Positions 18,397 through 27,125 of a stretch of DNA of 50,114 nucleotides are shown in pieces. The stretch is from a virus (taxonomy: Duplodnaviria > Caudoviricetes): positions 1 to 50,114 of the IMG/VR virus record IMGVR_UViG_3300043639_000041; one strand, given 5' to 3'. The first letter of the stretch is position 1. Each line of letters starts with the position of its first letter. The notes under the pieces were generated by a model, which was not told where the DNA came from, searched no databases, and saw nothing but the letters and a program-made list of their open reading frames with translations. Made by a program: the position numbers and the translations under genes.

Positions 18397-21300
18397 TCAG
18401 TGAACCTTCTCAGGCGGCTTGCCATGGGTGGCGAACTCCCGGGCGCGGAACAGGGTGGCGGCACTGGTGCCAGCGACGGCGGCGCCCACCACGAGGGTCC
18501 GCATGGTGGGCGGCATGTTCTTGATCAGCGGCATCAGGATGTCGTCAATGGCGCCCGCCGTCGATGCCAGGACGCCGCCGCCAGCACCGCCCTTATCGGC
18601 CTTCGTCTCACCGCCGGGCGATGGCAGGGGTGGCAGATCGCCCAGGCCGGGCAAGGGTGGCAGCTCGCCCGGTTTGGGTGGTTTGGGCAGCTCGCTCCCC
18701 TTCGGCCCGGCGATGGCGGTGGTGATGCCTCGCGTGGCGGTGGTGGATGTGGCGGCGACCGACGCCCCCGCCAGCAACGTCGCCAGTGGTCCCCCCGCTG
18801 GAAGCCGCTGCATGAGCCATGTCATGGCGGTGAGCGCGGCGGGTTTGCCGCCGAGTTGCAACAGGGCGTGGATGCCATTGTAGACCCGCGTGTTGGTGCG
18901 GCTGTCGCCCGTGTAGACGTCCTTGACCATGTTCAGCACGTCGATGGCGTAGCGCAGTTCGCTGGCCAGGAACGGCCCGGACACGAGGTTGGAAAGATCG
19001 GACGTGTAGCGCAGCGAGTTCAGCGCTTGCATCCCGATTTCCAGGGGACCGTTGATGCCTGTCTGGGACACGACATAGTCCCAGAGCCAGGTTTTCAGGT
19101 CGCCCTCTTCGGCGTGCTTTTCCCAGGCGTCGTGGTTGAACAGGTAGGCCCGGGGGATGGCGAACAAGGCGGTGCCCGCCGTCAGCGCCAGGACTGAGAC
19201 GGCGGCGTGCATGAAATGGCGGAACTGGGCGCCTTTGGCCTCCCGCCATGCTTCGCCGTTGCTGGCGCCGCGCGCCTTGGCCCGGTCGTACTGGCGTTGC
19301 CCCTTGGCGCCGAACTTGTGGAACAGGGGCAGCACCGACTGGCGGAAGAACGTGTAGGGGAAGGACGTCAGCCCTAGCATCATGTTCCCGTAGGACGTTT
19401 TCATGGCGCCCATGGGCTTCTCGGCGGCGGTCGGGTTGGCGTTGAACCGATCCAGCATCCGCGTGGCGAGCACCTGATAAATCTCGCCTTCCGGCGTGGT
19501 GGCGATGGCGTCGGGCGTGGGCTGGCCGTCCGGGAACTGGCGCATCCACTCACGCATCCGGGCCATGTCCCGGTCCCGCATCCCCCACTCCCGCAACAGG
19601 CCCTTCATGTCATCCAGCTTGTCCAGTTCGGCTCGCGTCATGGGCTGGGTGGTGCCCTTCAGCTTGCTTTCCAACTGGTCGATCACGTCCAGCATGTGCG
19701 CCATGTGCTGGTTGCCCGCGCCCAGTGTCGCCGCCCGGATGTTGCGGATCACGGGGGACATGATCAGCTCGTAAAAGTTGTTCACGACGGTGCCAATCAT
19801 GGGCGTGCCGGAATAGTCGGAGCCCCGGTTCGCCATCGCCGCGCCCTGGAGCGGGTCGATGATGGCGCCGATCTGGCGGGCGATCAGCATCCGCTCGGCG
19901 GCGCTGGCGGTGTGAAACGCCTGTCCCATCAGGTTGGAGTAGGTGTTCAGCATCATGCGGAACGAACCGCCGTTCAGGACCGTGGCGGCGGGCTCGCCCA
20001 GCGCCGATATCGAGGCTCCGGACATGGTCATCAGCGCGCCCACGCCGGATATCGCGTTGGCGATTTCGGTGAACGCCTGGGCCTTTTCCCGCCCGGACCG
20101 GCCCGTGATGGTTTCCACCGCCTCCCTGAACCGCTTGACGTAAATGCCGTGCATCCCGGCGACCGTGGCCTGGCGCAGCAGTTCCTGGATGTCCCGCCCC
20201 TTGGGTCCGAAGACTTCGTGATAGGCCAGCTTGCGGGACGCCGCGTGCAGATACATCGGGATCGCCACCATCGGGTCGTTCACATACCAGTTCCGCAATA
20301 TCTGGTCGGCCTCGGGCGGTAGCGTGCGCTTGCGCAGGAACTCGGCGCGCGGCCCCAGGGTGATCAGGTCGTGCGGCTCGCCCAGGGTGATGCGGTGGTT
20401 CATGTGTTCGGCTTCGGCCCGGGCGATGGCCTGAAGCACCGCCTCGCCGTGGGTGTCGTGGATGTCCTGGTTCTCGGCCTCCAGCGTGTCCCGCCGGTCC
20501 ATCAGCTTCTGGGGATCGTGGGCGGTCGGGTTGGACGCGCCGCCGCTGGCCAGCTCGGCGTTGATCCGGTTGATCTCGCGGATGTTCCTGACGAGCTGGG
20601 ACATGGCGTCCTGGGCGGCCTGGGAAATGGGCAGGTTGTCCCGGACAGGCTCGCCCGTGTTCGTCCACCAGTGCGCCAGCCGCTGGGCGTCGGGCTCGCC
20701 CGCGTCGGCGAAGTCGTTTTCCTGCACGAGGCGGTTGATCCGCGTCATGTCGTCGATGAAAGCCGAAGGGTCGGACAGGATTTTCGCGTCATTCATCATG
20801 CGCGGGTAGTAGCCCTCCTTGGTGTGGCCGATGGGCAGGTTGGCTTTCGTCAGGCGGTCATAGGTGGCGTTGAAGATGTCCTGCCGGATCAACTGGGCGG
20901 CGCGGATGATCTTGTCCGGAATGGGCCGGGTCTGACCCTGTTTGGCGATGTCATGCCGGTCCAGCGGGAACACCTTGTCCCCGGTGGTCAACGTGTGGAC
21001 CAGTTCCTCTTTCTCGGCGGCGGTCATGCGCAACCGGCCCACTTTGTTGGTGAAACCGCCGTCGCGCATGATGTCGGCGAAACGGGCGACGTCCTTCTGG
21101 GCGTAGCGCCGGGCGCGCCCCTCGAATGTCTCGGCGATGTACTGGCCTTCGCCGTGCCGGTAGCCCAGGCGGTCGCGCAGCTCTCGCATCGGCGGGCGGG
21201 CGCCGGGCGGGATTTGCTCGATCCAGCGCTCCATGTTGCCCAGCGTGCTGTTCCAGTGCTCGGCCAGCCAGTTGGCCTGACGCACGCCCAGGCTTTGCCT

Positions 21301-24300
21301 GACGGCGGTGTTACCGCCCTGGAAGGTGAGCGGCGGCTCGATATTGGCCTCGGGGAACAGCAGGGACCCGTGTTCGTCGCTGAACAGGCTGGACCATTTG
21401 ATGGCCCGCATGTCCGCCTTGATCCGCGCCACCAGCCCGGGACCGATGTCGGGCGGGCGGGTATGGCCCGGCGGCAGGGTGTGCTGGTCGGACGGTGGCA
21501 ACGCCCCGGCGCCATGCAACGGCAGGATGCTGGCCCGCTCCAGCTCGGTGCGCAGATCGCCGAACGCCTGGAAGATGCGGACCCTGTCCTGGGCGTTGGG
21601 ATAGGCGGCCTTCAGGTAGGCGATGAGCTGGTTCTGGTAGCCCGCGTCGGACTTGACCACGCCCTCGGTGTGGGTCCCGGCGGCTTCCATCGCCCAGGCG
21701 GTGTAAGCCTCGCCCGCCCGGGCGAAGAGTTCGTGCGCGGAGGCGAAGTATTCCGGGTTCGGCATGTTGGCGGCGCTCAGCCGGAAGGGGCTGGGCGGGA
21801 TGTGTAGCCGGGACGAGGCGTTGTCCAGTTTGCGGATTTGCTCCCGGGCCAACAGGGCGCCCACCGTGGGCCGTCCCGTCGCCGGGTCGATCTTGGCGGC
21901 GGTCGTCTCCAGCGTGAGGCGGCGCAAACCCACTTCGCCGTCGCCATAAAAGATCGTGTTCAGCAGGTTGGCGAAACTGGCCTGGACCGGGTCGGCGGCG
22001 ATGAGCTGGTCATGCCGGGCGGCGTGGGTGAACAGGGTCGCCTTGTTCGGGTTATTGTTGAGCATGTCGCTCAGATACTGATCGACCGCGTGCCAGTGCT
22101 CGTGCGCGTAGCTGTTGGACCCGCCGGAAACGTGGATCGTCTTGGTGGCGGGGGCATACATGCCCATCCAGTGCGAGCCATTGAAGTTGCGCGGCACCAG
22201 CATGAGGTTCAGCCGCCCGTCCAGGGACAGGACAGCGTTCGGCCAGTTCATGGCGTGCGCCATGCCCTGCATGTTGTGGTGCATGTTGAGAAGCTGATCG
22301 CGGGTGATCCGGAGGTCCACGCCGGGGTCGATGATCACCCGCCCGAAGCTGTATTTATTTTGCAGCGCGCGAGACAGCATCTGGACCTGTTCGTCCAGCG
22401 GCTTGTTCATCGCCGTGCGCGGATCGACGCCGGTCCCGGCCAGGGCGTCGTGGTAGGCGTCCTGGTAGCGGGGCGCGCCCGGGCTATAGGCGATGTCCGC
22501 CATGGTGAGCGGTTCGCCCGGACCGGGAACCGGCGTCAGGGGTTTCGCCGGGATCGGCTTGTAACGGGTGGGCAGCGGGTGCCGTTCGCCCGGCGGGGTG
22601 GGCGCCCGGCGCTGGGGCCGGGCGGTGCCGCCGTAACGGGCCTCCAGTTCGGTGGGGTGGTCGGTGTCCAGGCCCAGATCGTCAGGCACGCTGACCTGGG
22701 TTTCGCCGCCCTGCCGGGTAGCCTCGGCCTTGATCCGGCTGATCGTCCGGAGCTGCGCCGGGGTGTAGGCGTCCACGTTGGTGCGGATGCCCACATGGTT
22801 GCCGTTGTAGACGCTGACCTCGGCGTAGTTATGCCCCGGGAAATCCTCCGCGAAATTCTGGTGCGTGATGTTGAAATCGTAGCGGCTCTCGCCCCTTTCG
22901 TGGAACACGTAGAGTCGCCCATCGGGGGCGATCACGCCGCTGATCTCGCCGCCCCGGTCGAGGTTTTCCAGGATCATGTCCTTGGGGCTGATCTGGTCGG
23001 CGGACCGGGCCAGTTCCCTGGGGATGCGTGTCTCGTGGTTCTGGGTGCGCGGATCGTCATCCCACCGGAGTGGGGTGCTTTCCAGCGTCGCCGGGGGTGG
23101 GGCCTCGTCAGCCAGGACGTTGACCTCTTTCCGGGGCGCGTAATTCAAGGGCTTCTTGCGTCCCTCCACCGTCGCCAGCACCGAAGCCAGCTTGTCCCGC
23201 TCGATGGAAATGACCTTCAGGTGTTCGCCCTTGGGGGTGCGGATCGTGTCGCCCGGTTTTAGGTCCCGCGCGTCCACGGTGCGGGTCGCGGGTGGGGCGG
23301 GTTTGGTGGCTTTGGTGGGTTTCGCCGGGGCTGGGACAGGCGCCGGGGCGGGCGCGGGTGTCGGCTCCACGGGATGCTCCACAGGTGCCGTGACGAGGCT
23401 CGGGCCTGGAGTTTCGGCTCCCCTGGCATAGGTCCGGGCGATGTCCTGCTTGTAGTTCATCGGCATCCCGACGCCGACGAATTCCCCCTTGGCGTCGTGC
23501 GCGAACACCCGCTGGTCGTTCTTGCTGTCCGCCGCCGTGATCGTGCCGTCCTTGCCCGCCGCCGCGTGCAGCGTGTCGTAGACCGGCTTCTGGAGCGTCA
23601 CATGCTTGCCGCTGGGCAGCGTGCCGATCACGATGCTTCGGCCATCGGTGTCGGTGACCGCGCGTTCCCAGGTGACCGGGTGGCGGTCCACGCCGGGCTT
23701 GATCGCGATGGCGCTGGTGAACGCCTCGGGCGGTAGCGTGCGGGTGACGGAGGTTTTCAGCTTCTCCACCTGCCGCGCGGCCTTGCCCAGCGTGCTTTCC
23801 CGGGTGATCGCGTTGCCGGTGCCCACCCACTGGTTGCCCGCCGGGTCGGTCAGGCGGACGACATTGGCGCCCTGGCCTCCCGCCGCCCCCATGGTGAACA
23901 CCTTACCCGCCGCTTTCGGCTCTGGGACCGGCGTTGTGCCCTCATTGTGGACACGCAGATCGACGGCTTCCTGGTGGGCTTTGACCGCCGCCTCGTGGCG
24001 TTCCCGCGATCCGGGCGGCGCCTTGATGAACATCGGCTTGGTGGGCGGGCCTTCAGCGTTGTCCAGGGCCGCGCCCGTCGTGGCCACGCGCTGTTTCAGC
24101 GCTTCGATCTTCTCTGGCGGCGCGTTGGTGCGGATCGCGTTGTCGAGCGCCCGGCGGGCCTTGTTCAGGTCGGCCTGGAGCAAGGTTTGCTCGCCTTCGG
24201 TGACCGGGCGCTTACCTGATGGGGCTGGTGCTGGCGGGCTCGCCGCCGCCGCCGGGGGCTCGGCTGGCGCCGGGGCCGGGGTCGGAGCGGGCGTGGGCTC

Positions 24301-26100
24301 CGCTGGGGGTGTCTCCACCGGGCGCTGGCTTTCCGCCACGCGCACCAGCCGGTCGCGCCATGTCTCGCCCGGTTTCAGGGGTTCCTTGCTGCTTGTCGAT
24401 AGCGCCGCTCGGTAGGCTTCGTCGGGCGCCTTCTCGGCGTCCAGGCGCGCCAGGGTCTGAGCGGCCCCGCTTTGTTCAGGTGGTGGAGGTGCCGGGGGCA
24501 CCTCCCCTTGGGTGCCGCCCGCCAGCGGCTGGGGTTCTGGTGTCGTTCCAGTTTCGGTCCCGGGCTGTTCACCCGGCGACGGAGTCGCGACCGGAGCGGG
24601 TGGAGTCGGGACCGGCGGCGTCAGCCCGCCTGGGGCTGGAGGTTGTCCTGGCTCGGGGACCACGGGCTCCGGGCCTGGTGCCACGGGAACAGCTCCAGTT
24701 GGACCGGCTGGGGCGGGGGTAACGGTTGGAGGCTCGGGGATCGTGGGGGCGACAGCCCCAGGAGCGACGGGGCCGGGGACGATAGGGGTGGGTTCTGTCG
24801 GTGCATTTTGGGGTGTTCCTGGTGAAGGGGTGGGTTCAACCGGGGCGGGCGGTGTCGGGGCGGCGGCGACGCCAGGAACCTCACGCCGCCACGGCGGGGC
24901 GACGGAAGCGGGCGGCGGTTCGACCGGCGCGGATGGCGGGTAGGGCTCGGGCTGGCCCGGCGTCACGGCGACCTCGCCGGGTCGCAGCATGTCGCCGAAG
25001 GGGGTGGGCTGGCGGGGGCCGGGGAGTTGGCCGGGACCGGGCGGCGGCGGCGGCGGGGGGCCAACGTCCAGCCCCGGACGGCGCAGGTAGTTCGATATGG
25101 CGGGACCGGCGTGCATGGCACCCATGGTGGCGCCGCCCGTGGCCACGTCCTGGAGATATCCTTCCAGCATGTCCTGGCCAGACGGGGCGGGCTGGCCGGT
25201 GACCGCCGGGGTGATCACGCCACGATGCACGGCGCCGATGGCGGGCTGGGTGCCGAAAGCGTGCAAGAGGAAATTGCTGATCGGCGCCTTGAACACTTTC
25301 AGCGCGAACAAGGGGGCGGTCGCCCCGGTCAGGGCACCGCTGGAGGCGGCGACACCGTAAGCCTCGTCCACCGCCTGATCGTGGTTCAGGCCGCGCTGGC
25401 GGGCCTGTTGGTAGGCGGGTGTGAGGTTCTGGGCGAAGTCCATCAGGCCGCCGCCCAGCGCGCCACCCGCCACGGCCCCCACAGCGGTCCCAGGGCCGGG
25501 GGCCACGGCGGTGCCCGCTTCCGCCCCGCCCAGTCCACCCAGCACCATGGAGGCCAGCGTGGGGGCGCCGTGGGCGAGCCCGTAGGCCATGCCGCCCATC
25601 GGGGTGCGCTGCACGGGCGCGGGGATGTTCTGGTTCGGATCGAGCGCATTGCCGGTGGCGAGCTGGCGTCCCTCCCGCATCACATCGACCAGGGCGTCGG
25701 TGATGCTCTGGGTGACCCCGGCGCGGGTGTCGGTGTCGGGTGCTGGCGCTCCCATCCCCTCGGTCTGTTCCGGGACCCCCGGCAAGCCCGCGTAGGCGCC
25801 GGGCTGGAACAGGGCGTCAGCCAGCCCGGGACCCGGGCTCGCCACCTGATCCTGGTATGGCCCCGGCAACGGCGTGGGCATCGGCGCTGGCGGCGCCTGG
25901 GGCGGTTCTGGCGCGGGCATGGGCGCCGGGGGTGTCTCGGGCGGGACCGGCGTCGGCATGGGTGTGGGCGCCGGGGCGGGCTGGGGCTCGGGCTGGGGTC
26001 GCGTCAGGGTTGGATAGGTCCAGCCGGTCAGCGGCTTCGCGGGTTCTTGTTCCTGGCGCGTCAGCGTCGGGTAGGTCCAGCCATCCAGGGGCGGCGGCAT
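18397..26100 (-). CDS. Giant internal virion / large polyvalent protein (2567 aa) with LPD1-like zincin domain
   Basis: YAHEHWHAVD and ELFARAGEAY motifs; last gene of virion arm; Pro-rich linkers. Confidence 0.75.
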   Translation of the reverse strand: MPPPLDGWTYPTLTRQEQEPAKPLTGWTYPTLTRPQPEPQPAPAPTPMPTPVPPETPPAPMPAPEPPQAPPAPMPTPLPGPYQDQVASPGPGLADALFQPGAYAGLPGVPEQTEGMGAPAPDTDTRAGVTQSITDALVDVMREGRQLATGNALDPNQNIPAPVQRTPMGGMAYGLAHGAPTLASMVLGGLGGAEAGTAVAPGPGTAVGAVAGGALGGGLMDFAQNLTPAYQQARQRGLNHDQAVDEAYGVAASSGALTGATAPLFALKVFKAPISNFLLHAFGTQPAIGAVHRGVITPAVTGQPAPSGQDMLEGYLQDVATGGATMGAMHAGPAISNYLRRPGLDVGPPPPPPPGPGQLPGPRQPTPFGDMLRPGEVAVTPGQPEPYPPSAPVEPPPASVAPPWRREVPGVAAAPTPPAPVEPTPSPGTPQNAPTEPTPIVPGPVAPGAVAPTIPEPPTVTPAPAGPTGAVPVAPGPEPVVPEPGQPPAPGGLTPPVPTPPAPVATPSPGEQPGTETGTTPEPQPLAGGTQGEVPPAPPPPEQSGAAQTLARLDAEKAPDEAYRAALSTSSKEPLKPGETWRDRLVRVAESQRPVETPPAEPTPAPTPAPAPAEPPAAAASPPAPAPSGKRPVTEGEQTLLQADLNKARRALDNAIRTNAPPEKIEALKQRVATTGAALDNAEGPPTKPMFIKAPPGSRERHEAAVKAHQEAVDLRVHNEGTTPVPEPKAAGKVFTMGAAGGQGANVVRLTDPAGNQWVGTGNAITRESTLGKAARQVEKLKTSVTRTLPPEAFTSAIAIKPGVDRHPVTWERAVTDTDGRSIVIGTLPSGKHVTLQKPVYDTLHAAAGKDGTITAADSKNDQRVFAHDAKGEFVGVGMPMNYKQDIARTYARGAETPGPSLVTAPVEHPVEPTPAPAPAPVPAPAKPTKATKPAPPATRTVDARDLKPGDTIRTPKGEHLKVISIERDKLASVLATVEGRKKPLNYAPRKEVNVLADEAPPPATLESTPLRWDDDPRTQNHETRIPRELARSADQISPKDMILENLDRGGEISGVIAPDGRLYVFHERGESRYDFNITHQNFAEDFPGHNYAEVSVYNGNHVGIRTNVDAYTPAQLRTISRIKAEATRQGGETQVSVPDDLGLDTDHPTELEARYGGTARPQRRAPTPPGERHPLPTRYKPIPAKPLTPVPGPGEPLTMADIAYSPGAPRYQDAYHDALAGTGVDPRTAMNKPLDEQVQMLSRALQNKYSFGRVIIDPGVDLRITRDQLLNMHHNMQGMAHAMNWPNAVLSLDGRLNLMLVPRNFNGSHWMGMYAPATKTIHVSGGSNSYAHEHWHAVDQYLSDMLNNNPNKATLFTHAARHDQLIAADPVQASFANLLNTIFYGDGEVGLRRLTLETTAAKIDPATGRPTVGALLAREQIRKLDNASSRLHIPPSPFRLSAANMPNPEYFASAHELFARAGEAYTAWAMEAAGTHTEGVVKSDAGYQNQLIAYLKAAYPNAQDRVRIFQAFGDLRTELERASILPLHGAGALPPSDQHTLPPGHTRPPDIGPGLVARIKADMRAIKWSSLFSDEHGSLLFPEANIEPPLTFQGGNTAVRQSLGVRQANWLAEHWNSTLGNMERWIEQIPPGARPPMRELRDRLGYRHGEGQYIAETFEGRARRYAQKDVARFADIMRDGGFTNKVGRLRMTAAEKEELVHTLTTGDKVFPLDRHDIAKQGQTRPIPDKIIRAAQLIRQDIFNATYDRLTKANLPIGHTKEGYYPRMMNDAKILSDPSAFIDDMTRINRLVQENDFADAGEPDAQRLAHWWTNTGEPVRDNLPISQAAQDAMSQLVRNIREINRINAELASGGASNPTAHDPQKLMDRRDTLEAENQDIHDTHGEAVLQAIARAEAEHMNHRITLGEPHDLITLGPRAEFLRKRTLPPEADQILRNWYVNDPMVAIPMYLHAASRKLAYHEVFGPKGRDIQELLRQATVAGMHGIYVKRFREAVETITGRSGREKAQAFTEIANAISGVGALMTMSGASISALGEPAATVLNGGSFRMMLNTYSNLMGQAFHTASAAERMLIARQIGAIIDPLQGAAMANRGSDYSGTPMIGTVVNNFYELIMSPVIRNIRAATLGAGNQHMAHMLDVIDQLESKLKGTTQPMTRAELDKLDDMKGLLREWGMRDRDMARMREWMRQFPDGQPTPDAIATTPEGEIYQVLATRMLDRFNANPTAAEKPMGAMKTSYGNMMLGLTSFPYTFFRQSVLPLFHKFGAKGQRQYDRAKARGASNGEAWREAKGAQFRHFMHAAVSVLALTAGTALFAIPRAYLFNHDAWEKHAEEGDLKTWLWDYVVSQTGINGPLEIGMQALNSLRYTSDLSNLVSGPFLASELRYAIDVLNMVKDVYTGDSRTNTRVYNGIHALLQLGGKPAALTAMTWLMQRLPAGGPLATLLAGASVAATSTTATRGITTAIAGPKGSELPKPPKPGELPPLPGLGDLPPLPSPGGETKADKGGAGGGVLASTAGAIDDILMPLIKNMPPTMRTLVVGAAVAGTSAATLFRAREFATHGKPPEKVH

Positions 26101-26577
26101 CTAACCGGCCCCCAGTTGAGCGCGGATATAATCCAGCATCGACGTGGGTGCCGGGGGCGCCACGGGCGCGGCGTTCGGGATATCCAGTTGGACGCCAGGG
26201 TCCACCCGCTGGAAGTAGCGTTGTAACCCCTCTGGCCCGTGCATCTGGAGGTTGGTCGGCCCCGGTGCGAAACGCCAGCCGCCGTCCGGGGTGGGTTGCC
26301 ACGCGCCGCCCTGGTGGCCATCGGCTCCGTGATAGATGCTTTGATCGCTGAAACTGGGGTGGTTGGGTTTCTTGAAGGTGTCGGGCCAGTGAGCGTTGGC
26401 GCCTGATCGCCCGGCGCCGCCCAGGAAAGCCCCTTGCATGTCGTAGTCGTAGGTGTCCCGGGACATATCCCGCCCGGCTTGCTGTCCCTGGTCGCGTAGC
26501 CATGACTGGAAGAACGCTTCCGTCCCCGGGGGGAGAGGCGTGTTGTAGGCCCCGGTCATGTCCAGTGGGTCCGCCAT
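26101..26577 (-). CDS. Phage hypothetical protein (YDxxG...HWPDTFKKPNHPSFS motif)
   Basis: Aromatic/His-rich motif; coupled to neighbours. Confidence 0.75.
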   Translation of the reverse strand: MADPLDMTGAYNTPLPPGTEAFFQSWLRDQGQQAGRDMSRDTYDYDMQGAFLGGAGRSGANAHWPDTFKKPNHPSFSDQSIYHGADGHQGGAWQPTPDGGWRFAPGPTNLQMHGPEGLQRYFQRVDPGVQLDIPNAAPVAPPAPTSMLDYIRAQLGAG

Positions 26578-27125
26578 CAGGCGAACCCCTGGGCGCGTTT
26601 CGCCGTCATCGCGATGGCGTCAGCGAGGCTCGCGCCTTGTGTGTCCTCCACGGGCACCATGCTCCCGTCCGCCGCCGGTAGGGGTGGCGCTCCCCCCGGC
26701 GGCGGGATCGGCGGCACGGGCAACGGTCCACCGCCGCCGCCATCCGCCGATAGTGGACCGCCGCCGTTCTTGATGGCGGCGATGTAGTTTCGCGTCTCGG
26801 GAGGCGCGTTTTCCAAGCCATGTCTGGCAAGGTTGCCGGGTCCCCAGTTATACGCCGCGAGCGCGTGGTCGTAGTCGCCGAAATGGTTAAGGTTCTGGCG
26901 CAGATACTGAGCCGACGCGGGGATCGCCTGGGCCGGGTTCATCGGGTCGATGCCCAGGCCCTGGGCGGTCGCGGGCATGAACTGGGCGATGCCCGCCGCG
27001 CCCGATTTGTGGTTGATCGCGTTCGGGTTCAGGCCGCTCTCGCGGATCAGCAACCGGCGAAAGACGTCCGGGTCAAGGTTGTAGCGATGGGCTGATTGCC
27101 TGATCAGGTCATCGTAGTTGCTCAC
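26577..27125 (-). CDS. Lytic transglycosylase (SLT)
   Basis: RESGLNPNA, GIAQFMPATA, ALAAYNWG. Confidence 0.92.
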   Translation of the reverse strand: MSNYDDLIRQSAHRYNLDPDVFRRLLIRESGLNPNAINHKSGAAGIAQFMPATAQGLGIDPMNPAQAIPASAQYLRQNLNHFGDYDHALAAYNWGPGNLARHGLENAPPETRNYIAAIKNGGGPLSADGGGGGPLPVPPIPPPGGAPPLPAADGSMVPVEDTQGASLADAIAMTAKRAQGFA

